NCBI GenBank assembly: GCA_043228905.1
Contig: JBHGNT010000012.1
Location: 18,972,001 to 19,036,000, forward strand
DNA: 64,000 bases
DNA from: Azolla caroliniana
Taxonomy: Eukaryota > Plantae > Polypodiophyta
Reading direction: 5' to 3'
Every line of letters begins with the position of its first letter. Position 1 is the stretch's first letter. Of the stretch, positions 27,466-43,351 are shown one piece after another. Made by a program: the position numbers and the translations under genes. The notes under the pieces are model-generated. The model saw only the letters and a list, made by a program, of their open reading frames with translations, had not been told where the DNA came from and did no database searches.

Positions 27466-28389
27466 CCAAGGAATCTTATATTTTTTGTTTGTATGGGAAC
27501 CACCACTTGGTAAAGCATCTTTGTCTAGTAAGACCCCTCTAGATTGTAAAGTTTATAATGTGCCTTTATCACGGTATCCATCCAATTAGACCTAGTTTTA
27601 TGCATAGTTTTATAACATAAAAGATAGGACTAACCTTGCAATTATTGATGAATGCCAACACCAACTTCTTCTTTTTATTGTTTTATGATACCTCTATTTC
27701 TCTAGAAAACGTTATTTTTGAGAAAGCTCCTCGTATTGGGATGCCAAACCTCCACGTAGGAACAAAGAAATATCGGTAACAATAATAAGATCATTTGGAA
27801 AGTTTCTTGGAGATAAAGACAACCTTATATTTGTGTGAAATTTTGGGTTTTTATATTTTTCTACTATTATATGCTTCTTACGGGCACTTATCCACGTGAA
27901 TACTACGGTAAATTCTCACCACAGGATATTATATGGTCATGCCCGTAAGAAGCACTCTCATTTAACCCTCACACTTATCCACGTGTATAGAATACTGCGG
28001 TAAATTCTCACCACGGGATATTATATGGTCATGCTCGTAACAATTATGCTTCTCGTTTGATCGACTCAAGGGTTTGCATCAACTAACTCATCAAAGGTTT
28101 CATGATAAAGGGCAAGCTAGAGTTGATTGGATTCTTCATATTTGGGTTAACGTGTTATGCCAAGATTCTTTGGGGTTCTAGGTTTGCGTTTATGCCGCCA
28201 ACAACCCATGGCTGTCTTTTTGCCATGTCCTTCTGTTAACTCAATTACTATAACCCTTGCAATGTTTTATGTTTTTTTACTATCAAGTTTCAACTCAAAA
28301 TTTGTCTACATGAATCCATTTATTTAAGTGATTTTTCATGTTCAACCTCGACGTCAACTCCTATGATCTTTTGGCTCAACCCATCATCA

Positions 28390-28585
28390 CTAGGAACCAG
28401 CAATGGTTTGGTTTTGGCTTAACTAGTTTGGCCTCGTCCAAACCAACCGGTAAGCCTTAACCAATTGAGGAACTGGTTTGGTTTTAATGGGTTGGTTCAG
28501 CTTGAGCCTTGCCAAATTGCCAAACCGTTTTAAAACGGTTTAATGGCTTTGTTTAGGCTTGAGCGGAGCCATTGCCGACTCCTAG
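28390..28585. mobile_element. Decayed hAT-type MITE
   Basis: Imperfect TIR ctaggaaccagcaatgg / ccattgccgactcctag with internal ttggttt/aaacc subterminal motifs. No intact 8-bp TSD. Confidence 0.4.
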
Positions 28586-29443
28586 AGTTTACATGAATGG
28601 TATTAACTTCAGTTACGAAACATGATTTGAAAGTTGAGTTTCTTGGATACAGTTGTGACGAGATTATAGCCCAAACGATTGAATCATGAATCTAAATAAG
28701 GAACTTTTATCCATAACTTGTAGTTATTGGTACAGTCTTATTCTATGGTTTCTTACATTCATTTTATATTGGGTGTTTCCCTAAACAATGACACAATGTC
28801 CCTAATTATGTCCTACCATGCTTGACACGTTTTGCTTTTTATTTGTGAGTCTACTCCATTTTTTGCGGTGACAAGCCCTTAGTGTTATTTTGTGACTTGG
28901 TGTGCATGATCTCAAGTTAAAGAATGCTTCTAATGAGCCCGATAATTAAACATGCATTTTACCAATTGCTCGAGTTTACAATTAGAGCATCTTGTTTATA
29001 TGTTGAGATATTTTAAAATATAACCAACAATCTATTGTATCATGTGGTCAGGATGTCTAAATCCTCTTCTATGATAGATATTAGAGGCAAAATGTTTTTG
29101 CACACCATGCTTCAACATGGAACATATTGCTCATATATAGTTCAATGATAACTCACAGTCGAACTATATGTGGAATATAATTATTGCCTATATACAGTTC
29201 AATGATCATGCGTATAATGAGACAAGTCTTAATGTATAATCTGCAGTCAATTAGATATCGCATAATTGAACGTAAACGGTTTGACAAATTGAAGTGACAA
29301 TAAGCTTCTCACAGTTAACACCTCAAATTGTTAGTGATGACAGATTAAACAGAAAGCTCTCTCAGGGATTAAACTTTTCCAGAGAGATGTACCCTGAAGT
29401 GTAACTACCCCCCAAATGAGAGTCATTTTGGGCGTCCATGATT

Positions 29444-29518
29444 TGGGCTGCTAGTGTGAAACCATCAGAGAAACCCCCCTGAAAATGAAAAACCTTCATG
29501 GTTCCTTTAAAACCCTAA
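29444..29518 (+). promoter_or_regulatory. Site II (TGGGCT) plus telo-box (AAACCCTAA) upstream of RPL13
   Basis: TGGGCT at 29444 and AAACCCTAA at 29510, the established motif pair of plant ribosomal-protein promoters. Confidence 0.65.
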
Positions 29519-29563
29519 TTCTTGCTCCCCTGTTCCTCTTCCTCGCCATTTCTGCCCTAGAAT

Positions 29564-32800
<3,237 letters not shown>

Positions 32801-33652
32801 TTTTGGCCAAGTTGTTCTTGACTATCTTCTGGTCCACAAAGTTAAGAGTCTTCTGTTTTCCGTTTGTTGTGAGAAAAGCCAAAGAGAATAGAAATTGATG
32901 TTTTTCATACCTAGATTTATCGACAAAGGATTCTTGATTTCTATTGTGATCAATAGCCAGATGAGAAACGAGTATTTGGAGTGAATTGGGTAATGAATAA
33001 CTATTACATGATTTTTATTGTCATTTAAGTATTACTTTGAGTATTGACCATGTAATGGGCTGTCGATATTAGAGTTCTCGTATCCAGGAATGCGTTGCTA
33101 ATGATTATGATCCTTACAGGACATCGATTTAAACGTTCTTTGAATTGACTGCATTTCCTTTATTTACCATTTCTTTTTGAAATAATGCCCCAGAGTTCAT
33201 TGATCTTTTTGATTCTATTGTATTTATTTGTTTACATCACTGCAACCACCTTTTGCTTCTATTCAACATATTGTATGACAGAGTAGTTGTTCATTAACTG
33301 ACTTGGAGTTCCTCGATCACTCCTATTTCTGATATACAACTTTTGTCTGAATTCATAAATTTTTTTTCCGAGTGTCCCATTATGTTGTCCCATTATGTCA
33401 GAATCACTGTGATACCATTTTCGACACATTTTAGTCTGAATGTGATTGACCTTTTGGTTGGGTGTTGTGTGGGGTTGCTTTTCTCTTTATTTTGACATGG
33501 CTCATGTATGTGTTTTTGATTTTAGGAAAGCTGTGACAGAAAGATGTGCCTATATATAAATTTAACTTTGAACCTTTCAGATGGTGAATCCTTATCTACA
33601 GCTATGTATTCGAATTGACTTGATGGTGAATTGTAGTTGTTGGGCACTAAAG

Positions 33653-33931
33653 TGTATATTAAAATCATGAATTACAGTATATTTGATGATTGTGAATATT
33701 AAAATCATGAATTACAGTATATTTGATGATTGTGAATATTAAAACCATGAATTACAGTAAATCTGATGATTGTGAATATTAAAACCATGAATTACAGTAT
33801 ATTTGATTATTGTGAATATTAAAACCATGAATTACAGTATATCTGATGATTGTAAATATTAAAACCATGAATTGCAGTATATTTGATGATTGTGAATATT
33901 AAAATAATGTGTTACAAAATATTTGATGAGT
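33653..33931. repeat. 40-bp minisatellite, ~7 copies
   Basis: Unit tgaatattaaaaccatgaattacagtatatttgatgattg. Confidence 0.92.
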
Positions 33932-34232
33932 GCTGTCCAATTAACACCTCTTCTATAATTCAGTGCTATTGAACACCACCACACATGAGGCAGTTAGTGT
34001 GTAATTTGTCAATGAATTATCATGCATGAGGTAGTAATATGTGTTTTGTGCATGGAGTGAGCGACTCATGAGTCATGCATGGGCTTATTGTAGGTAAACA
34101 TTAAGAACCATCATGAAGCATTGTAAGTATTTATTAAACTAAATGTTCGAAGTTGGATCCATAAGGGTCCCACTAATAAGATTCATTAGTATGATGCTCA
34201 TAGCCAATTACATGTTTAGATGACCAACTAGA

Positions 34233-37200
34233 TGTTACGGTTTTGTCCCTCCTAATGGGAGAAGTCGGTAGTTGAATTGAAGGAGTCGCCAAGCCGAATT
34301 CAGGATGGTCGATCGGATTGACCAGTGAGTCGACATATTAGAGGAATATTCCGAAGTCTAAAGGAAATGGAGAATCGACTATGGTAGTCAACTGTATTGG
34401 TTGGATGAACCAAGTGAGGGATAGGTTGACCGGATGGTCGACGACAAGGCCGACTAGTCAGGCCGACCGGATGGTTGATGAAAAAGTCTGCTAGTCGGAC
34501 CGACTAGATAGTCAATATAGGAGTAAGCTAGTCGAATTGACTGGAGTGTTGACTTGTGGGTCGGACAATTGGCGAATTAACTGCGATTATTATTATATAA
34601 TAATAATAACGTATTCCTTCTATAAATATGTGGAGCTAGGGCAAACTTTATGATTGAGGGTGAAAGTGTAGAACATGGTAGAGCAAACATAAATAATGTA
34701 TACAAAGAGAGTTGGATGGAGACGAGAGAGAGTGAGTGTAGGCATAGTTAGTGGAACTTGCCAAAACCCAAAGGGGGGATTCTCTGATCTTCAAAGATTT
34801 GTAATCTGTTTCTCTTGTACTTCTGTCTATAGTGAAAATTTGTTGCCCCATGGTTTTCCTTGATTTAGGGTTTCCACGTAAAAGTTGTGTACTGTGTATT
34901 TTGTTTCTATTTTATATATTTTAATCTATCTTTCTTGTCTATCTACGGTCCTAATCTCAACAAAATAGTATCAAAGCTTGAGGTGCAAGATAGAAGGGGG
35001 TGTGAGTGGCTTTCCAGGAATGATAGTCCTGAACTCACACAACTACTCCGATTGGAAGATTAAGATGGACGATCTTCTAATAGTCAGAGACCTGTACGAA
35101 CCCATAGACAGGAGTGAAATACCCACAGGTGTGTTGGAGTCTGAGTGGATACTCCTGAATAGGAAGGTTGTGGCCACCATCAGACAATGTGTAGACGTGA
35201 GTGTCCTACAACATTTTGCCGCCTAGGAAATGTGGCACAAACTGTCAGGGTTGTATAAAAGGAAAAATGCCCTCAACAAAACTTCTCTGATCAGAAAGAT
35301 ATAACAACAAAGTTTCCATTAGACGATGCTCTACAGGCCTTACTGTTGCTGTGTACCCTACCGGACAGCTGGGAGAACTTGGTGGTGTCTCTCAGTGCCT
35401 TGTGCCAAGAAGAAAATATGTCTTTACAAGTGGCAAAGACAAGTAATCTAAACAAGGAAACAAGAAGGAATGACAAGGGTGTCTTGTCCTAGTCGAAGGC
35501 AAATGTGGCACAACATCCCGGAAGAGGAAGAAGTGAACACAGAAGTCTACAAAAGAGAGACAAGTCTCATGCCAGGTCCAAGTCTAGAAGAAAGCTCAGA
35601 TGTTTTTATTGCGGAAAACCTGGACACTTCCAAAAGGACTATCGACATCTTCAGAAAGACAAAGGCGCTTTGAACGATGTCGAACCCTGAAAAGTTTTTG
35701 GGGAGAAGGGCAATTCAGTCGTAGCTATGAGTGAGGAAGAGTTGTTGTTCATTTGCGAGCAAGCGAATGTAAACCTCGCAAATGAAGAGTGCACTTGGGT
35801 GATTGACTTCGGCACATCGTTCCATTTAACTCCTTTGAGAGAATGTTTCTCATCTTACACAACTGGTGACTATGGCTATGTAAAGATGGGAGACAATGGA
35901 GCATGCAAGATAGTTGGCATCAAAAGTGTATGTCTGACAACATCGACTGGTTGTAGGCTAATCCTAAGGGATGTTCGACATGTGCCAAATATCAGAGTAA
36001 ATCTGATATCGACTGGGAAGATTGGACGACAACGACTACAGTGGTTGCTTTCAAAATGGCATGTGGAAGTTTTGTAAGGGAAGTCTAATAATGACCCAAG
36101 GACAAAAACATGGCACATTGTATGTGATGCGTGCTAAGCTGTGCAAGGATAAAGCAAATGTGGCAGCCGACTCAAATGGGGAGCTATGACATAAGCGGCT
36201 TGATCACATGAGCAAGAGAGGCATGCATATTCTGGCCGACAAGAAACTTCTTTTGAAAGTAAAAGGAATACACTTGGAGAAAAGTGTCGATTGCCTGGTC
36301 GGAAAGCAAAATGGAGTTGCATTTCACTCAAGACCACCAAAGAGAAGAGAATGTGCACTATAATTAGTCCATACGGATGTATGTTATGTGGATGCTCAAT
36401 CACACCACGGTGGACAATATTTTGTAACATTCATTGACGACTACAACAGAAAGTTGTGGGATTTCATGCTAAAGTCGAAAGACCAAGTGTTGTCGGTCTT
36501 TAAGGAATTTCAAGCTAGAACTGAAAGAGAGTAAGGAAGAAAGTTGACGGTTGTCTGGACTGGTAATGTTGGCGATTACAAGGACTATTGCAAGACACAA
36601 AGTATAAGACTTGAATATATGGTGTCTAAGACCCCTGAACTGAATGGTCCTGTAGAGAGGATGAATTGAATAATAATGGAAAGAGTGAGGAACATGCTAT
36701 CACATGCAAAGCTTCTGAGGTTGTATGGGGCTGAAGCCATGTTGACAATTGTCTATCTTATTAACATGTCTCTCTTTGTGCCCCTAAAAGGTGATGTCCC
36801 ACAATGTGTGTGGATAGGTAAAGATGTATCCTATCAACACTTGAAAGTGTTCGGGTGCTAGTCATATATGCATGTTACTAAAGATCAGAGGTCGAAGCTC
36901 GATAGCAAGTCGAAACCATGCATATTTTTGGGGTACTCAGAGGATGAATTTGGCTACAGGATGTGGGATATACTTGACAAGAAAGTGGTGAGGAGTTGAG
37001 ACACATTATTTATGGAAGAAAAGATGATTGATGACTGGAAACAACAGAAGTTGGAGTCGTCTTCCTAGTCGACTCCCACTACTATGGACTCAAGACTAGT
37101 TGACTCTACACAGTCGACTGTTAGGAGACGACTAGTCGACATAGCTGAATCAGAGCAACCGACTAATGCATATGAGTCTGAGTCAGCTAATCTACAAAGA

Positions 37201-39802
37201 TCGATTGAGGCATACAAATAGGAGTTGATCGATCTTCAACAACCGACCAATTCATATGAACCCAAGCCTAATGAAGAGTCAACAAGAACATTTGAACCTA
37301 AGTTGATTATGGGAGGAAGGAGATACCCACTCAGACAAAGGAGAGCACCCTCTCGATACACCAACCAATATGTTTTATTGACTGATGAGGATGAACTGGA
37401 ATGTTATGAAGAAGCCATCTTTGGGAGATGAGCACAAGGAGAAGTGACAAAGAGCAATGCAAGATGAAATGGACTCCTTGCATGAAAATTACACTTATGA
37501 CTTGGTAGAGTTTCCGAAAGGTAAGAGATCCTTGAGAAACAAATGGGTCTTCAAGCTGAAAATTGGGGAAGATGGCAACTCACCTAGATACAAGGCCCGA
37601 ATTGTAGTAAAGGGATTTCAACAAAAAAAGGGGGACGACTTTGATGAGATTTTTGCACCAGGCATAAAGATGACATCCATTCGAACAGTGTTAAGTATTG
37701 TTGCTAGTATGAATCCAGAAATAATGCAACTGGATGTCAAAACAACATTCTTACATGAGGAATTAGATGAAGAAATCTATATGCAGCAGCCCGAAGGTTT
37801 TGTGGAAAAAGGAAAAGAGAATATGGTTTGTTGACTAAGGAAGAGCTTGTATGGTCTAAAGCAAGCTCCATGTCAATGGTATAAGAAGTTCGAATCCTTC
37901 ATGTTGGAACATGAATTCCATAAAACACAAGTTGATCATTGTGTGTTTGTTAAAAGGTTTAATAAAGATGACTTCTTGATTCTCTTGCTATATGTGGATG
38001 ACATGTTAGTGGTCAGACAAGACATCAAGAAGATTGCAAGCTTGAAGAAAGCACTAGGCAAGTCGTTTGCCATGAAAGATCTTGGACCAGCCAAACAAAT
38101 CTTGGGGATGCACATAGTTCGAGACAGAACTAGGAATGTGCTATGGTTGTCACAAGAGAAGTATGTGACAAAAGTTTTGGAAAGATTTAACATGTCTGAA
38201 GCAAAACCAATAGGGACTGCATTGTCGGCAAATTGCAAGCTAAATGGTAGACAATGTTCGGAAAACAAAAAGGACAAGGTTGAGATGAAGAAACTGCCAT
38301 ATGCCTCGTATGTTGGAAGCTTGATGTATGTTATGGTTTGTACGAGACCAGACATAGCATACGCGATTGGAATAGTAAGCCAATATATGAGTAATCCAAG
38401 AAGAGAACATTGGGCAGTTGTAAAATGGATACTCATGTACTTGAAAGGCACTTGAAGGGTATGCCTTAGGTATGGTTTCAGAAAACCTATGCTCGAAGGT
38501 TTTATCGACTTAGACATGTCGGGGGATGTAGACTCCATTCAATCCACATTAGGTTATGTGATGACCTATGCAGGGGGAGCAATGTCATGGCAATCGAGAT
38601 TGCAAAAGGCTGTGGATTTGTTAACCACAGAGGTAGAATATATGGTTGTAGTAGAGGTTGGAAAGGAGCTGATATGGATGAAGAATTTTCTCACTGAATT
38701 AGGAATGAAACCAGAAAAATTCCCACTCCATTGTGATAATCAAAGTGCCATACATCTAGCCAAGAACATTGCTTACCATTCTTAGACCAAGCATATACAG
38801 AGAAGGTATTACTGGTTATGAGAGAAAGTGGATGAGGAAGAGTTTACCCTTGACCATGGGAAGATCCATATTGATAGTAATGGATTGGATTCCGACATGC
38901 TCACGAAAACCCTACCTATGGATAGATTAGAGCTTGTTGATAGAAGACAGGTTTGACCGATTCTCCCTATAGGAGTGAAGGGGGAGTTTGTTATGGTTTT
39001 GTCCCTCCTAATGGGAGAAGTCGGCAGTCCAATTGAAGGAGTCAACAAGCCGAATTCAGGATGGTAGATCGGGTCGACTTATTAGAGGAATAATCTAAAG
39101 TCTAAAGGAAATGGAGAATCAACTATGGTAATCAATTGTATTGGTTGGATGAACCAAGTGAGGGATAGGCCTACCGGATGGTCGACGATAAGGCCGACTA
39201 GTCGGGCTGACCGGATGGTCGATGACAAAGTCTGCTAGTCGGATCCAGTTAGTCGGCTAGTTGAATTGATTGGATTGTCGACTTGTGGATCAGACAATCG
39301 GCGATTTAACTACGATTATTATTATATAATAATAGCAACTTATTCCTTCTATAAATATGTGGAGCTAGGACAAACTTTATGATTGGGGGTGAAGGTGTAG
39401 TACATGGTAGAGCAAACAGAAATAGTGTATACAGAGAGAGTTGGATGTATTCCTTCTATAAATATGTGGAGCTAGGACAAACTTTATGATTGGGGGTGAA
39501 GGTGTAGTACATGGTAGAGCAAACAGAAATAGTGTATACAGAGAGAGTTGGATGGAGACAAGAGAGAGAGAGTGAATGTAGGCATAGTTAGTGGAACTTG
39601 CCAAAACCCTAAGGGGGGATTCTTTGATCTTCAAATATTAGTAATTTGTTTCTCTTGTACTTTTGTCTATAGTGAAAATTTGTTGCCCCGTGGTTTTACT
39701 TGTTTTAGGGTTTCCATGTAAAAGTTGTGTAATGTGTATTTTGTTTCTGTTTTATATATTTTAGTCTATCTTTTTTGTCTATCTACGGTCCTAATCTCAA
39801 CA
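34233..39802 (+). mobile_element. Full-length decayed Ty1/Copia LTR retrotransposon (Tnt1/Tork-like)
   Basis: 5' LTR 34233-34962 and 3' LTR 38989-39802, both TG...CA. TSD CTAGA at 34228-32 and 39803-07. Degenerate Met PBS tagtatcaaagc at 34966 and PPT at 38971-38986. Fragments of gag (CFYCGKPGH), protease (WVIDFG), integrase, RT (LLLYVDDML) and RNase H (CDNQSAI) are in Copia order with many stops. Confidence 0.95.
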
Positions 39803-39849
39803 CTAGATAGTATCCAACCCATACACTAATAATATATGACAATGTGTGT

Positions 39850-40660
39850 CACACCTCATGGATGGGTAATGGCCTAAAAAGATCACTTAGAGAATAGGCA
39901 TAGGTGGATTATGACTTGTACGAATCGAACTAATGAGGAGCAAAAGAATAAGTGATGAAGGAGAAGAATGAATTAAGGATACTCGACGATATTGACCACC
40001 CTCAACCGAAGAAGGGATCCGAAGAAGGGATCTTATCCTCGTCAATAGAGTCTCAATAGTTTCTCAATATGCCTTAATGGATCCGAAGAAGGGATCTTAT
40101 CCTCGTCAATAGAGTCTCAATAGTTTCTCAATATGCCTTAATGAAGGGGGTAGCTAGCCCCCTTTATATAGCCTAATACCTAAGGCTCCACAACCACCAC
40201 TTGTTATTTATACTTATGGGTTAGTTCCAATTCTCAGGACTATCCTACCCTTAAACCCATTAACATTAGCTTTAGAACTGGTCTTTAAGTTAAGCCTATG
40301 ACATACTCCCCATTTCCAAAACATTGCACTCTGGTAATGACAAGGAAGTAAAGAATCGTCTCTTTCTTTCGAGTGACATCGTGCACATTTCGATCCAATC
40401 ATTTAATTTTGAATTCTCCGATTTGCTCATACTCAAATGTTTTAGTTCGAGCATTGGGAATTTTTCTCAGCAAATTAGGTTTAGAAGATAAATCCTCATA
40501 ACTTACTAGATGTTGTATGGTTATTATGTCATCAATGGAACCCATAAGTTCTTGGAGGTTACTAACATGGAAAATAGGATGAACATCGACAACATGGAGG
40601 ATATCAAAGACGACCGGTAGCAAAACCAAAGCCATACGGATGTCAAATTTGGGCACAAAT
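39850..40660 (-). mobile_element. Ty3/Gypsy 3' remnant (integrase C-terminus, possible chromodomain)
   Basis: ORF 40399-40656 contains VHPIFHVSNL, the HPVFHVSxL motif. A ~64-bp tandem duplication lies at 40015-40143. Confidence 0.5.
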
Positions 40661-40947
40661 ATTCGAGCTTTGAATTTGTTAAGGTTGTTGGTTCGACATG
40701 ACTAGAGCAAATAATGGTTTAGCCACTAATAGTAGTGAAGGAAGCAAGATTTGTAGGCATGTAAGAGAATTATAATCGGTAATATATATATATATATATA
40801 TATATATTCTAACCGTCTAGAGTTTTGGCCATTGACAATGATTCAATATTAACTAAAATTGTCAAAGCATGTCGATTCAATATGAAGCAAACTGCAACAG
40901 ATGTTGGTGTGATCTTGACTTTAAAAAATGCGCAAATGATCTATCTA

Positions 40948-40978
<31 letters not shown>

Positions 40979-41855
40979 TGAGAGCCTTTCAATAGGGAAG
41001 CTTTTTGGGACGAATATAATCTTTGAGAAGTGTCCGATCGAATCATTCGGGTTTCTTTATTTTTTTTGCTTTTTTTTCACGATCTTTTGAAAGCAAGATG
41101 GATGGGCATGAGAATGAAGCCGTCAATAAGCGAGCAAGAGGCAACATGACGTAATGACAATGGCCCCCACCCCATGTATCCTCTCTTTGACTCAAGCATG
41201 AAATTCAAAAAGAAAGAATGGAAAGAAAGAATCATTTCAAATAGCTTTCTCTTGCTTATTAGTCTATGTAATGCAAAATGGATATCATTAATTACTCCAA
41301 CTATTATTTTTTCAATTACATGGGATCAATTAGTTAGTTGATTAAAGAAGCTTCTTATGTCTTTTTTTTATTTTCTTTCTAAACCGTCATTTACTTAATT
41401 AATTAACTGATTTTTCACGTTTTTGTTGTGTTTTTTTAAATTTATGGATTAAGTGATTTGAAAGTTTTATAACATACTTACAAATAAATCAATACAAAAG
41501 TGATTTAGTTTATTAATTAATTTTGTTAAATTCGTTAAATAATAAAATAAAATAAAATAAAATAATAAAATAAAGTAATTAAATTAAAACAAAAAATAAG
41601 TAATTAAATTAAATCGAATAATAAAAGTAATTAATTAATTCACATATAAAATAAAATAAGTAATTAAATGAATTGAAGTATAAATTAAAATACGCAATTA
41701 AATTAATTCACATATAAAATAAAATAAGTAATTAAATTACATCAAGTATAAAATAAAATAAGTAATTAAATTAAATCAAGCATAGAATAAATTAAGTAAT
41801 TAAATCAAATCAAATAATAATAAAAATTAAATAAGAAATTAAAATTAAATCAAAA

Positions 41856-41886
<31 letters not shown>

Positions 41887-42910
41887 TAAAAATAAAAAAG
41901 TTTTAATTTGTCTTTGTTTTGAACTTGTCTTTGGCTTTGTTTTTTTTGCCTCTCAAGAACAGAACAAAAAAAAACCAACGCGTTTCTTCTTCTTCTTCTT
42001 CTTCTTCTTTTTCAGACCCGTTCTTCTGTTGAATCAATTTCTCAGTCTCATCATCTCAATCTCCATCTCCATCTCCATCGCTCCTTGCCCCTCGTTAAGT
42101 TTGTTCTTTTCCCTCCTCTGTTCCTGTCTACCTGCCCATTGCTCCCAGGTATGCAAAATGCCCTAAATATTTCCTTCCCTCTTTTTTTTGATTGTTTTCT
42201 TCTTCCTCCTTGAAAGTGCTCCGTTGTTTACCTAAAGTTCGTGAACCCTACTAATGGTCTTGCTCGGTCTGAAAACCCTAAATTTGTATTGATTTGGGTT
42301 TTTTTATTCCTATCTCAAGTGAATATATTCTCATGAAGTACAGTTGTTTATTAGTGATGTGGTTTACCCGGATGGTTCTCTCAGTCATTGTGGAAACCCA
42401 TCATTTGTACTGGGCTAGTTTTGATGGGGATTTTACTAATCTGTAACGAAGATATTTCGTGGAACACAGCTTTTCAGGTACTCTGTTTTGACCTCACAAT
42501 TCTCTCATCTAGTATAGAGACCCTTATTGAGATTCGAACAATCTATAATGAGAAGAAAGCAGAGCTTTTTGGTTGCTGTTATTTGACCTAATCGCGCTCT
42601 TGTTCAGTTCCGAAACCTAAAGTTTTATTGGGCTGTTCTTGTTTAGTTTTTACAAGTTTGTGGTCAAGATATTTCAGGCAAAATAGCTTTTTGGATGGTC
42701 TGTTCCTTACCCAATGATACAAATTGGGCGTATTCTTAGGTATTTATGTGAGAACTTGTCATTTAGAGAAAGACACTAAAGGACTTATACATACAGAGAA
42801 TTCCATGTACAGCAGCACATTAAAGAGTCTTCATGAAGCAGAGATTTAGATGCTCTGTTTTGGGCTAGTGGTACCTCAGAGAATATAAAAAGTGTATGTG
42901 CACACATTTA

Positions 42911-43038
42911 TACATACATACATACATACATACATACATACATACATACATACATACATACATACATACATACATACATACATACATACATACATACATA
43001 CATACATACATACATACATACATACATACATACATACA

Positions 43039-43066
<28 letters not shown>
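42911..43066. repeat. (TACA)n microsatellite in the WRKY 5'-UTR intron
   Basis: A perfect tetranucleotide run. Confidence 0.97.
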
Positions 43067-43074
<8 letters not shown>

Positions 43075-43351
43075 TGTATGCATATATATATATGCGTTTA
43101 TGCATATATGTACTTCCATCCATCCATATCTATTAACGTTTATGCATGCTTGCATGGAGATGTGTACAGTTGTATATGTATATGGATGGATGCTTATATG
43201 CATGAACATGTGTATGTTTAGCAATGTGTAGATGATTATGTTTACAGTAAGAGTTTTGTCTGTAGCTGGTTTGTTTGATAACTAGAAAAGAGTGATATCT
43301 TTGGGCTGAACAACAACTTCCACTATGTAGCTTGAAGGAGCAGCAGTGGTG

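Noticed and set aside
37936-38538. 200-aa antisense ORF (and similar antisense ORFs within NET and the MTase)
   Set aside because: Shadow ORFs opposite real coding sequence.
41500-41900. AT-rich repeated tract upstream of WRKY
   Set aside because: Low-complexity aataaa/aattaa sequence with no defined unit or termini.
42865-43231. ORFs with YVCM/HTYI repeats
   Set aside because: These are translations of the (TACA)n microsatellite.
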